The notes: generated by a model not told the origin, from the letters alone. 64,000 nt of DNA from Promethearchaeota archaeon (GCA_048938855.1 JBHLLT010000002.1:256001-320000), one strand, 5' to 3'; counted from the stretch's first letter, positions 37,935-48,060 are shown. Made by a program: numbers and translations.

Positions 37935-40442
37935 CTATTTAATTAAGTATGGGCCCGTATTGGATCCTTTATTTAACATTATTTCTTCAGGATTACCATA
38001 TGCAATTATTTTTCCTCCTTTAGGACCACCCTCAGGACCCAATTCGATGATATAATCACAATATGATAAAATTTCAGGATCATGTTCAATAATTAGAACT
38101 GAATTTCCCTCTTGAACCAATTTTTCTAGTAGCTCTATTAGTTTTATTGCATCATAAAATGACAGACCAACTGTAGGTTCATCTAAAATGTAAAGAACTT
38201 TGCCTTTTCTAATTTTACCTAATTCTTTAGCTAATTTTATTCGTTGGGCTTCCCCTCCACTTAAAGTAGGAGCAGGTTGTCCAAGTTCGATATAACCCAT
38301 TCCAATTTCATCTAAAATTTTTAATACTTTCGAGATATTTTCTTGTGTTTTAAATAATTCTTTAGCTTCGTTAACAGTCATCCCTAGCACATCAGATATT
38401 GATTTCCCTTTATATTTAACTTCTAAAATTTCTGGTTTATATCTTAATCCTTTACATTCTTTACAAGGTATTTCAAAGCTGGTGAGGAATGATACTTGCA
38501 GGTCTTGAACGCCTTGACCTTTACAAGCTGGACAACGACCTCGGTCTGAATTGTAAGAAAAATGTCCAGCAGTAAACTTTCGTTTTTTAGCTTCTACAGT
38601 CTTGGCAAATAAATTTCTAATTTTATCCCATATTCCTATAAATGAACTTGGAGTAGAAGTTCGAACTCGAGATATAGGTTTTTGATTGACAACAATGACA
38701 CCGCTAATTTTTTCCCAACCTTCCACTCGTCCAGAATAATCCAAAAAATCCTCATTATTTTCTTCTTCTTCTTCACCGTTTTCTTCCTTCTTCTCCTTCT
38801 GTATTTTTGTTCCTCTTTTAAAGAACGGTTTTACTAAAGGTACTAATGTATCTAAAACGAGAGAACTTTTACCAGAACCAGAAACTCCAGCAATACCCAC
38901 CATTAGACCTAAAGGAAATTTAACACTTACATCTTTTAAATTGTTAGTATTTGCATTTTTTAGAATTAGATATTTTGTGTTCTCATCTATATCCCTTCTT
39001 GATTCTGTAGATTTTTTCGGTAATTGAATGCTTCCTGCAAGAAATTGGCCTGTATAAGATTTTTTAGTTTTGACAATTCCTTCTAAAGTACCTTGATATA
39101 CGATTTCTCCACCATCTATTCCTGCCCCTGGGCCGATATCAATTATTTCATCAGCAATATCAATAAACCTCTTATCATGTTCAACAACAATAATAGTATT
39201 TCCTAAATCTTTTAATTGTTTCAAAATTTCAATTAACGAATCCTTTTCACGTTCATGCAAACTCATACTAGGTTCGTCTAAAATATAAATTAAAGAATCA
39301 AGCCCACCATCTAGATGAGTCATTAGTGATAATCTTTGAAGCTCACCACCACTTAGTGTTGGTAATGTTCTGTGTAAATGCAAGTAATTTAATCCAACAT
39401 TAACCATTCGTTTTAGGCTTTGCAAAATACTTTTCCTAATCGATTTTCCCTGAGGATTTTTAACATCTTGATTAGTAAGGTTTTCTAGAAATAAAATTAA
39501 ATCATCAACTGGCATCATTGCTAATTCTCCTATATGTTTTCCTCCAATTTTTATTTCACGAGCTTGCTCATTAATTTTATATCCATTACACTCCTCACAT
39601 TTCTTTTTTGTCATAAAATTATTATGAATCTTGTGCCTCCTATAAGCACTCTTACTTTCTGTTAAAGCTCTTTTTATATGAGGAATCACACCCTCAAAGA
39701 CACGTTCTAACTCACCAGTAAAAGTCTTAGATTCCCATTGAAATCTGAGTTTCTTCCCACTGCCATATAGAAATACCTGCTTTACTTCATCTGGCAAATC
39801 CTTAAAGGGCGTATTTATGTCAAAATTGTAAAATTTAGGTAATTGTTCTACAAATCTAATTTGATCTGCAAAAACAGCAGAACCTGCTTTTGTAATTTGT
39901 ATAAGATTTTTATTGTAGTCTTGAACAATCATTTCTTCAGTAAGGAGCATTTTATAACCTCTTCCTTTACATTCTAAACACATCCCCGAAGGTTCATTAA
40001 AAGAAAAATGCTTGATTTGCTTACGTTCTACCACCATTCCACAAATATCGCACTCTAAAGTGCTTTGATTTACAGGTTCCTTACAAATTGGACAGATTAA
40101 GATTCCTTCGGTAACATATAGCATCCGTAATAAACCATATATTCCTGTTTTAGTTCCCACAGTTGATCGCGGATTAAAAACACGAGTTGTTCTTTGCTCA
40201 ACTGCAACAGTTGGGCTTAATCCATCAATCAAATCGAAAGGTTTTTCATCATCAAATTTAGGTGGAAAACCAATTGATTGAAGATATCTATTCATACCCT
40301 CATCAAAGATAATATCAAAAGCTAAACTTGACTTTCCTGATCCAGAAACTCCTGTTATAAGAATTAATTTCCCTTTGGGAATATCTACATTGATATTCTT
40401 TAAATTATGTATTCTAGCCCCTCTAACTTTTATAACATCCAT
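37935..40442 (-). CDS. uvrA: UvrA-like ABC ATPase, class II/DrrC type (no UvrB-binding domain)
   Basis: Two NBDs; NPRSTVGT; CPIC is followed after only about 10 aa by CDIC and FSFN. Confidence 0.9.
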   Translation of the reverse strand: MDVIKVRGARIHNLKNINVDIPKGKLILITGVSGSGKSSLAFDIIFDEGMNRYLQSIGFPPKFDDEKPFDLIDGLSPTVAVEQRTTRVFNPRSTVGTKTGIYGLLRMLYVTEGILICPICKEPVNQSTLECDICGMVVERKQIKHFSFNEPSGMCLECKGRGYKMLLTEEMIVQDYNKNLIQITKAGSAVFADQIRFVEQLPKFYNFDINTPFKDLPDEVKQVFLYGSGKKLRFQWESKTFTGELERVFEGVIPHIKRALTESKSAYRRHKIHNNFMTKKKCEECNGYKINEQAREIKIGGKHIGELAMMPVDDLILFLENLTNQDVKNPQGKSIRKSILQSLKRMVNVGLNYLHLHRTLPTLSGGELQRLSLMTHLDGGLDSLIYILDEPSMSLHEREKDSLIEILKQLKDLGNTIIVVEHDKRFIDIADEIIDIGPGAGIDGGEIVYQGTLEGIVKTKKSYTGQFLAGSIQLPKKSTESRRDIDENTKYLILKNANTNNLKDVSVKFPLGLMVGIAGVSGSGKSSLVLDTLVPLVKPFFKRGTKIQKEKKEENGEEEEENNEDFLDYSGRVEGWEKISGVIVVNQKPISRVRTSTPSSFIGIWDKIRNLFAKTVEAKKRKFTAGHFSYNSDRGRCPACKGQGVQDLQVSFLTSFEIPCKECKGLRYKPEILEVKYKGKSISDVLGMTVNEAKELFKTQENISKVLKILDEIGMGYIELGQPAPTLSGGEAQRIKLAKELGKIRKGKVLYILDEPTVGLSFYDAIKLIELLEKLVQEGNSVLIIEHDPEILSYCDYIIELGPEGGPKGGKIIAYGNPEEIMLNKGSNTGPYLIK

Positions 40443-40455
40443 TATGAGACTCCTC

Positions 40456-41127
40456 CTATTTTATTTTTTGTAAAATATAAGTTGTACATTCAAATCCAGT
40501 TGGATTTTTCTTTAACATTTCTATTTCATTTATAAATTGTTTGATTTGTTTAATCTTATCAATATTATCATACTTCTTACGTAAAACATTGATCCTTTTT
40601 TCTAATGGGGCATAATATTCATTCCACCAGCATTGGTAAGCCCATGGTATTTGATTCATTAGTTTAAAACCAAAATTTGGGAAGTGTTTAAGTTTCCTAT
40701 TTGCCCAGTCATTAGCTTCTCCCGAAATCAAATAACCATCTATTTTAAGTAGCCTATTACATTCAATTAAAGCCCTCTTGAGATCAAGAAGATGTATAAC
40801 CCCCATATCCCATATAATATCGAACATTTCATCTTCAAACTTTGTATCATATACAGAGCGATTAAAAATTTTAATTCTATCTGAAAGACCTTTTTGGTTA
40901 ATCTTATTCTCTAACTTATTTAACGCAACCTGGTCAATATCAATCCCGGTTATTTTTCCATTAGTTAATCTGGCTAATTCTAGGGTAGGTAAACCAGTAC
41001 CGCATCCAATGTCCAGAATGCGAGGATTATCTAGTTTTGGGATGATTTCAAATACTTTTTTGGTATATCTAAGAAAAACGGCTCGAAGACCTTCAGCATC
41101 TAATTCTTGTAATATTTCTACTTCCAT
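40456..41127 (-). CDS. Class I SAM-dependent methyltransferase
   Basis: ILDIGCGTG, GIDID, FDIIW. Confidence 0.9.
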   Translation of the reverse strand: MEVEILQELDAEGLRAVFLRYTKKVFEIIPKLDNPRILDIGCGTGLPTLELARLTNGKITGIDIDQVALNKLENKINQKGLSDRIKIFNRSVYDTKFEDEMFDIIWDMGVIHLLDLKRALIECNRLLKIDGYLISGEANDWANRKLKHFPNFGFKLMNQIPWAYQCWWNEYYAPLEKRINVLRKKYDNIDKIKQIKQFINEIEMLKKNPTGFECTTYILQKIK

Positions 41128-41155
41128 TTATAATTCAAACCTCCATTAAAATTTC

Positions 41156-41584
41156 CTATTTTATATTTGGATTGATTATATTACCACAATCAATGCATTC
41201 CGAATCGTGAACACAAATTTCACCGCCACATTCTGGGCAAGTATACAGTTTAACTTGCTCTTGAAGCCAATTATCAACCCCTATAGCTTCAATTCTTCTC
41301 AAATTATCGATCAGATTTACAGAATACCGTTCTTGATATGTATGATCAAGCTTTTCTAATTTATCACACGGAAATGTATCACACTCATAACAAAATTCTA
41401 ACTTGTTTTTTAATAGTGCTGGACAATCTCGTCTTATGAAGGCACATTTCTTATTCCTAATTCTACACCCTTCACAACCTTGTGTATAACCTCTTTTGGC
41501 TAATAAACCTTTTTTTCTTAATATATACTGCCGACAGGTTCCACAGTATAGGCCACACGGTGCAGCTAAACTTTTATCTACCAT
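41156..41584 (-). CDS. DUF3795 Cys-rich protein
   Basis: PCGLYCGTC, CEGC, CYECDTFPC, C-terminal CPECGG..CIDC. Confidence 0.85.
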   Translation of the reverse strand: MVDKSLAAPCGLYCGTCRQYILRKKGLLAKRGYTQGCEGCRIRNKKCAFIRRDCPALLKNKLEFCYECDTFPCDKLEKLDHTYQERYSVNLIDNLRRIEAIGVDNWLQEQVKLYTCPECGGEICVHDSECIDCGNIINPNIK

Positions 41585-41594
41585 TTTTTACAAC

Positions 41595-42731
41595 CTAATT
41601 TTTGATTTTTGATAATTTTTTAAATGCTTCCTCTTCTAGGGTAAGAATATTAAGCACAATATTATGCAGCTCCCCAAAATCCACATGATTTAAACAATCA
41701 TTTTTATATTCATCACCCGCATTTTTCAACATTTCTGCAATATGAGTCCAACTTTGAGCAGATTTACTAATTAATGGAATACATTCTTCGAGTATGCTAA
41801 ATTCAATTGAATTCCATGCTCTAGGACCATTTTTTAATTCAGGATGTACTAATAATTCCTCTAAGAAATCTTTATACAGCTTTCGGAATGAACCACCTCC
41901 CGTTCCCCATGTTTCTATGTATCCATGTGTAAGCTCAAACATCAATCGCGCTAGAGAAATTTCTTTTCCTTTAGAGTTTGTAATAGTTTTATTTAACTTT
42001 TCTTCCCATTTGAACAAAGAATATGCAAATTGTTTTAACCCTTGAATACCATTAGTGTTCATCGAGGGGCGCAACATGTTACTTACTACTTTTTGAATTG
42101 CTAACTTAACGCCTGCAGCTAAGGGGGGATGTTTTCCATTCGGTCTACGTGTCATAGAGAATTGAACATTTGCAGGGTGCATAAATTTAGGACCATAGGT
42201 CGAACTCCTCGCATTCTTAAGTATATCAATACGAACCTCTTGAAAACCTTCAAACTCAGTATCACCAATGAATGCGGATCCCTTCTCATCATTATATCCT
42301 CCCAGAACTACTGTATGCCCTCCAAAATGAGCCTTATCCATATTCTCATCGAAACCTTCATAAGGCATATAAGCAATATCCACTCTTAATAATAATGGAA
42401 TATCTTGATCTACCATGTTTTTAGACTCCTCCCAGGCTTTATCTGCACTCGTGAAGGCTTGTTTTCTTAATGTAATACCTAACAATCGGCATGCCAAACT
42501 ATTTGGTTCAATAGTTCCTTGCTTACCTCCTAAGAAGAATGGGATATCAGATTCAGGTATAAAGGAAGTCTGACCCGAAGTATCATAAAATCCAAATCCC
42601 ATCGTCGCATCTAAACCAAAAGCCATAGGTTCAGACATCGGAAATCCATAATACTCGAATAAATCCCGCATTGATGAGGATTCACAATGATGGCCTATGC
42701 GATGAATAAAATCTTTAACCATGTGTTTCAT
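41595..42731 (-). CDS. BtrH-N / DUF4872 family protein (papain-like Cys-His fold)
   Basis: HCESS, SEPMAFG, HFGGHTVVLGGY, GTGGGSFRKLY. Confidence 0.8.
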   Translation of the reverse strand: MKHMVKDFIHRIGHHCESSSMRDLFEYYGFPMSEPMAFGLDATMGFGFYDTSGQTSFIPESDIPFFLGGKQGTIEPNSLACRLLGITLRKQAFTSADKAWEESKNMVDQDIPLLLRVDIAYMPYEGFDENMDKAHFGGHTVVLGGYNDEKGSAFIGDTEFEGFQEVRIDILKNARSSTYGPKFMHPANVQFSMTRRPNGKHPPLAAGVKLAIQKVVSNMLRPSMNTNGIQGLKQFAYSLFKWEEKLNKTITNSKGKEISLARLMFELTHGYIETWGTGGGSFRKLYKDFLEELLVHPELKNGPRAWNSIEFSILEECIPLISKSAQSWTHIAEMLKNAGDEYKNDCLNHVDFGELHNIVLNILTLEEEAFKKLSKIKN

Positions 42732-42749
42732 TTCATAATTACCTCATTT

Positions 42750-43358
42750 TTAATTATAATCGTCAGGACCAATATTTCCCTCAACTTTTTTCACTTCATT
42801 CAATACCATTTCAAAGAATTCCTCATCAGTTTCTAGAATCTTAATTGGATGTATGAAAAGTCCTGTTACATTAATTGACATGCCTGAAAAATTCGATAAC
42901 ATATCATCTAACATATTTTTCAATTCACTTCTATGTGTTTTTATAACTTTTAATGCATGAGAAAAAGCTTCAATTTGCTCTTCAAGACTGAGAATTGGAA
43001 ACATTGAAAAAGCAACATAAAAATCCTCATCCATTTTCCCAACATAATTATATAAAACATCATAAACCTTCTTTTTTAATACATCATAACCAAATTTAGT
43101 TATTATATAATTTTTTCTTGTCCTATTATCGATTTCTTCTTCAAAACTCTCTACTAGATCATCATTTTCTAATCTATCTAAGGTTCTGTATATAGTGGAG
43201 AAGGAAAAATCCACACCGATATTTGTCCAATCTCTCATTCCTCGTTCTTCAATTCTTTTGTTAATATCATAAGCATGGCATCCTCCTTCATGCATTTTTT
43301 CATTAATTAATCCCAAAATAACAAATGCTCGATGTTTTAAAGTATAATTTTCAGCCAT
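42750..43358 (-). CDS. PadR family transcriptional regulator
   Basis: ILGLI..HAYDI, STIYRTLDRLE, RKNYIITKFG. Confidence 0.9.
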   Translation of the reverse strand: MAENYTLKHRAFVILGLINEKMHEGGCHAYDINKRIEERGMRDWTNIGVDFSFSTIYRTLDRLENDDLVESFEEEIDNRTRKNYIITKFGYDVLKKKVYDVLYNYVGKMDEDFYVAFSMFPILSLEEQIEAFSHALKVIKTHRSELKNMLDDMLSNFSGMSINVTGLFIHPIKILETDEEFFEMVLNEVKKVEGNIGPDDYN

Positions 43359-43384
43359 GGTAATTCATTATTATTTGCATTTTT

Positions 43385-43460
43385 TAAAAAATGACAATAT
43401 AAGAACAAATATGTAAACACCATATTTAAATATTTGCAAAAAATAAAAAATGACAATATA
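43385..43460. promoter_or_regulatory. Two exact 17-bp direct repeats flanking a TATA-like element upstream of padR
   Basis: TAAAAAATGACAATATA at 43385-43401 and 43444-43460, TATTTAAATA between them. Confidence 0.6.
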
Positions 43461-43520
43461 TAAAAAATTTCGAAAATCGAGAGATTAAGTAGATTTATCT
43501 TTTTTTGTTCATTTTATCAA

Positions 43521-43880
43521 ATGAAGGTTAAAATAAGTGAGAAATTTATGGATATGAAAGAAATTCTAAAACTATGCAAATTAACTGAGGAAGAAATAAC
43601 AGAATATTTACAATTAACTAAAAATGTTGACCATAAAGAGGATCATTCAAGAGCATACAGAACAATGATGAATCAAACGCGGAGGGGACTATTAAAATTC
43701 ATAGGAACTAATATAAGAACATTTGAAGAGATTGAAAATAATTTTGAGGAAGAATCTGATACTTTAATTTATCACTTATCAATGTTAGAACAGTTGTATT
43801 ATGTTATGAATACAAAAACGGGATGGAAAGCAACCCCAAGAGGCATTGGATTTCTGAATAATGCTATAATGGGAGATTAA
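43521..43880 (+). CDS. Small winged-helix (ArsR-like) protein
   Basis: NQTRRGLLKFI, LIYHLSMLEQ, ATPRG. Confidence 0.75.
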   Translation: MKVKISEKFMDMKEILKLCKLTEEEITEYLQLTKNVDHKEDHSRAYRTMMNQTRRGLLKFIGTNIRTFEEIENNFEEESDTLIYHLSMLEQLYYVMNTKTGWKATPRGIGFLNNAIMGD

Positions 43881-44048
43881 AATTGTAAAAGTAAATATTT
43901 CAAATTAAAATTTAATACTTACTTAATATATAATCTTAAAAATAAAATTATTTCAAATTAACTAAATGGCACAATTATCTCTTAATCTCATCCTCTGTCA
44001 TTGGCCTTGATAAATCTCATTTTTTGATATTTATGATCTTCCGAAATA

Positions 44049-45191
44049 TCATATGTTTATATGAATGACTTTTGCTGGAGGAAAACCGTTAAAATGGGTC
44101 GCAGAAGCATTAGTATAAGCCCCAACATTTTCAGAATACAGTAGATCTTCAACATCTAAATCGGGTAACCATTCATTGAGTGAAATTTTATCTAGTGCAT
44201 CACATGTTGGGCCTACAACTGCAGATTCTTTAAGTACACCTTCCTTAAATGCTTTGAAATGATATTGAATATGGTCGAAAATTGTACCTGAAAAAGTATT
44301 ATATACACCATCGTTAACATAATAATATGTTTTATCATTTCTAATTGCTTTACCATTAATTTCAACTATTGCTACAGCACCAGTTGCAACGAAGAAACGT
44401 CCTGGCTCTGCTATTATTTTCATATTGGAGGAATTAAAATATTGTGAAATTTTATTGTTAATTATTTCAGCTAAGGATTCAAAAGATGGAACATTTTCAT
44501 CATAAGGGGCGGGAAATCCTCCACCTATATCTAAAAAAGTTAATTTTTGATCTATCTCTTTTGCCTGTTCAAAAATGTTATAAGCAATTTGAAATGCTTG
44601 GTTATAATTATCAAGATTACTACATTGACTACCAACATGAAAACTTAATCCTTCAACGTCAAATCCTGCCTTTTTAGCATACTTTATTAAGTCTATACAA
44701 ATCTTAGGGTTTGCCCCAAACTTAGTAGAGAGTTCCACAACTGAACCAGTGTTAGGAACATCAACTCTTAATATTAAACGGTTATTTTTGCAATATTTAG
44801 CAATCTTATCAATTTCTATATAGTTATCAAAAGTCATCCGGATAGAATATTCATTAAGTTTTTTTAATGAGTCAATTCTCTTTACAGGATTAGCATAAAT
44901 TACCTTTTCATTGATAAAAGCTTTTTTATCCTCATGATTTCCTTTAATAGTATCATATACAATCATAAGTTCTTCCCAAGAAGCAACATCAAATCCAGCA
45001 CCTTCTTTATAGAGAGTTTCTACTATTTTTAACTCAGGATTAGCTTTAATCGCATAAAATGGTTTTACACGAGAAAGATATTTACAGAATTTGTGATAGT
45101 TTGATCTTATTAAATTATGATCGATAACAATCAAAGGAGTACCATTTTTATTTACCATATCTAACAAAGTTGATTTATCAATCATTTTCAT
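44049..45191 (-). CDS. Fold-type III PLP ornithine/lysine decarboxylase
   Basis: FYAIKAN, FDVAS, KFG, FHVGSQ, LDIGGG, EPGRF, GPTCDALD, GAYT. Confidence 0.9.
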   Translation of the reverse strand: MKMIDKSTLLDMVNKNGTPLIVIDHNLIRSNYHKFCKYLSRVKPFYAIKANPELKIVETLYKEGAGFDVASWEELMIVYDTIKGNHEDKKAFINEKVIYANPVKRIDSLKKLNEYSIRMTFDNYIEIDKIAKYCKNNRLILRVDVPNTGSVVELSTKFGANPKICIDLIKYAKKAGFDVEGLSFHVGSQCSNLDNYNQAFQIAYNIFEQAKEIDQKLTFLDIGGGFPAPYDENVPSFESLAEIINNKISQYFNSSNMKIIAEPGRFFVATGAVAIVEINGKAIRNDKTYYYVNDGVYNTFSGTIFDHIQYHFKAFKEGVLKESAVVGPTCDALDKISLNEWLPDLDVEDLLYSENVGAYTNASATHFNGFPPAKVIHINI

Positions 45192-45481
45192 TTAATTTTG
45201 ATTTTTAATGAATTTAATATGGCATAGTTAAAATCTTTTTTATACAAATACGTCTGAATCCAAGTAAGTAAACATCTAAAAATCTAGAGAAGCATTATAT
45301 TTAAAGAAGCATCTTTTTCATAGTTCTTTTAACATTCCTTGGTAACAAACCTTCAGCCATTTAATCTATTTTTATAAATAATCTAAAAATAAGAGTGTAT
45401 GAGAGAAAAATTTTCTCAACTTCCTCGATAATATGTATTATAGGAACGAATTTGAGTCCACAAATCAGTATTCTGTATTCA

Positions 45482-46255
45482 CTATCCACGGAATCTTCTT
45501 TCTAACGTTTTAGTATGCAATATGATAGCTAAAAATAAAAAACCAAAACCGAAAACTATCAAGATACCAACATCAAATAGTACTCCTAATGGTCCAAATA
45601 CACTAGTACTTCCCAAACCAATATTTATAATATCAATGAAATATGTTAATGGAGATATGAAAACTATTGGTGATAAAGTTATTGGCATGAATAAGGGACT
45701 TATAAACACTAATGGAAATTTAATGAGAACTGTAAATACCATTGTGTTCCCAGGGGTATCTGTGGAAGGAACTGACAATATAAGACTAAAGCACGCGAAA
45801 GCTAAACCAGCGATTACCATACCAGTTATAACATAGAAAAGATTTATTGTTAATTCCGCTGACAGAAAAATCATCCCAATTATTAATGGAATTGATGAAA
45901 ATATAATTCCATAAATAAAAGTACTCCAAACACTCCCGATTAATATCGTCTTTATCGATATAGGGCATGTTACTAATCTTTCGAATGTTCTCCTCATTGT
46001 CTCCCAAGGAAATACTATAGGTCCAATTGAAGTTGATGTTAAAAATGTGATCATTGCCATTAGACCAGAAATTAAATAGATTGGTTGTACACTCCTCCCC
46101 AGAGTCAGAGCTATGAAAAGTATTATTGGAAAAAGAATTCCTTGAATTAAAACAGGAGGTTTATTGTAATAGATTTTTAAGTCTTTTTTTGTAATTACAA
46201 ATGATCTCTTTAACTGAATGATAAAAGTGCTCATCTTGTTACGTTCTAAAATCAT
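45482..46255 (-). CDS. ABC-2 type exporter permease
   Basis: Six TM helices, TFERL, SPLTY; start probably 46255 or 46234 rather than 46282. Confidence 0.85.
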   Translation of the reverse strand: MILERNKMSTFIIQLKRSFVITKKDLKIYYNKPPVLIQGILFPIILFIALTLGRSVQPIYLISGLMAMITFLTSTSIGPIVFPWETMRRTFERLVTCPISIKTILIGSVWSTFIYGIIFSSIPLIIGMIFLSAELTINLFYVITGMVIAGLAFACFSLILSVPSTDTPGNTMVFTVLIKFPLVFISPLFMPITLSPIVFISPLTYFIDIINIGLGSTSVFGPLGVLFDVGILIVFGFGFLFLAIILHTKTLERRFRG

Positions 46256-46256
46256 C

Positions 46257-47249
46257 TCACTCAATTTTAACACCTCTCTCAATAATTTTTAAAAATGCTT
46301 CCTCTAATTTAGGTTCATGAGTACTAAGATGTTTTATCTTTATATTTTTGGATTTAATATAATCAATTAATTCGAAGATGGAATTATGGATATCTTCGAC
46401 GATAATATGTACACCTTCTTGAGTCTTTTGAACCTCGCTAACACTATGGAGATTTTTGATTTCTCCTAAATTTACTCCATTTTCAAAATTTAAATCTATT
46501 GCTTGATAATCCTGTGTTATTTTCCTTATATTTTCTGGCGTGTCTAGACTAATTATCCTTCCATGATTGATTATTGCAATTCTATCACATAATTCATTAG
46601 CAACTTCCATATCATGCGTCGTCAAAAAGATTGTCATCCCGTTTTCGTTGTATTCTTTTATCAATTGTTTTATTATCTTTGCAGATTGAACATCAAGACC
46701 AGATGTAGGTTCATCAAGGAAGAGTATTTTTGGATTAGTCATCAAAGCCATACACAATAGCAATCGCTGTTTCATCCCTTTTGAGTATTTTTTTGCTTTA
46801 AGAGTTCGTTTCTCATACAAATCAAATTGTTTCAGTAAACTCTCTGCCTTTATAATCCGTTCTTTTTTAGGTATACCATAAATTTCTCCAATAAACATTA
46901 AATTATCCCATCCTGAAAAGGAAATGTATACATTTGCCATTTCAGGTACATTTCCAGTAACTTGTTTGACAGTGATTTGACTTTTCCATGCATTTAAACC
47001 AAAAATTTTTATTTCTCCTTGAGTTGGTTTTAAAACGCCAGTCATCATCCGAATTGTAGTAGTTTTACCGGCACCATTTGGCCCCAAAAATCCAAATATT
47101 TCTCCCTCTTTCACTTCAAAGCTAATATTATCGACAGCCCGGATGATACTTATTTTCATTTGAGGACCATTTGGCCCCAATTTTCCATGCTTTGCCCTTC
47201 TAGGCGGTTCAAAATGCTTAGATAAATTACTTACAACAATAGCACTCAA
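46257..47249 (-). CDS. ABC exporter ATP-binding subunit
   Basis: GPNGAGKTT, YSKGMKQR, FLDEPTSGLD, TTHDM. Confidence 0.92.
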   Translation of the reverse strand: MSAIVVSNLSKHFEPPRRAKHGKLGPNGPQMKISIIRAVDNISFEVKEGEIFGFLGPNGAGKTTTIRMMTGVLKPTQGEIKIFGLNAWKSQITVKQVTGNVPEMANVYISFSGWDNLMFIGEIYGIPKKERIIKAESLLKQFDLYEKRTLKAKKYSKGMKQRLLLCMALMTNPKILFLDEPTSGLDVQSAKIIKQLIKEYNENGMTIFLTTHDMEVANELCDRIAIINHGRIISLDTPENIRKITQDYQAIDLNFENGVNLGEIKNLHSVSEVQKTQEGVHIIVEDIHNSIFELIDYIKSKNIKIKHLSTHEPKLEEAFLKIIERGVKIE

Positions 47250-47271
47250 TATAGCACCTCTTTAAAAAAAA

Positions 47272-47430
47272 TTATTTATCTTCTTCTTCTACTTGAATGT
47301 GCTTTAATAACTCATTAATCGGTTGATCCCCATGACACTTGATTATTTGGTTTAAAGTACATCCTAGGGGATGTTTTTCTTTTATTTCCGGTTTATCGCA
47401 AGCACATTCTTCTGTTTCTTTAATTTTCAT
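47272..47430 (-). CDS. Small Cys/His metal-binding peptide (52 aa), absent from the ORF track
   Basis: MKIKETEECACDKPEIKEKHPLGCTLNQIIKCHGDQPINELLKHIQVEEEDK; GAGGA upstream; first gene of the ABC operon. Confidence 0.78.
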   Translation of the reverse strand: MKIKETEECACDKPEIKEKHPLGCTLNQIIKCHGDQPINELLKHIQVEEEDK

Positions 47431-47537
47431 TTTATATTTTCCTCATCATTTTAACTTTAATTTTAATTAGTTAAGTGACAGATTAAACTAATCAAACCCA
47501 ATATTTAAATCTTTTTTTTTTTTAATTTTTATTAGAT

Positions 47538-47885
47538 ATGACAAAAGAAATAGATCTTGAAAATATTGGTACTTACATAAAAGCTTTGCATTGTCAAATT
47601 CGATGGGTTATAATAGATATTTTAAGAGATGGGCCAAAATCTTCAGATGAACTTTATACTCATCTCAAAAGTGTAAGTGAGAATTTAAATGGTAATAACC
47701 AGTGCCATGGATTGTGTGGTAAAGGAGATTTTAAGGATTTAAAAAAACCATCATTGTACTATCATCTTAGAGAGTTAGAAAGTGTTGATATAATTACGGC
47801 AGATTATAGACCTAGCGAGAGTAAAAGAGCTCCAGAAAAAGTATGGAAGCTAAACATGGAAAAACTAACAATAAATTTGAAATAA
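47538..47885 (+). CDS. ArsR-like winged-helix regulator with CHGLC insertion
   Basis: ALHCQIRWVII, SLYYHLRELE, EKVWKL. Confidence 0.8.
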   Translation: MTKEIDLENIGTYIKALHCQIRWVIIDILRDGPKSSDELYTHLKSVSENLNGNNQCHGLCGKGDFKDLKKPSLYYHLRELESVDIITADYRPSESKRAPEKVWKLNMEKLTINLK

Positions 47886-48060
47886 TCTTAATCTTATAAC
47901 ATTTCAGTATTAAATATCGTATCAACCATTTCTATAATTATTTTATTTATCTTCCGGCATCAAATTAAAAATTTTATCCTTTTTTTTAAGGTCATCTTTT
48001 AGAAGTAAATGTTATTAACGATTTTGTATTAAGTTCTTTAGCGATTTTGGAGTTTTAGTT

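Noticed and set aside
45403-45417. Palindrome GAGAAAA-A-TTTTCTC
   Set aside because: Short, low complexity; expected by chance at this AT content.
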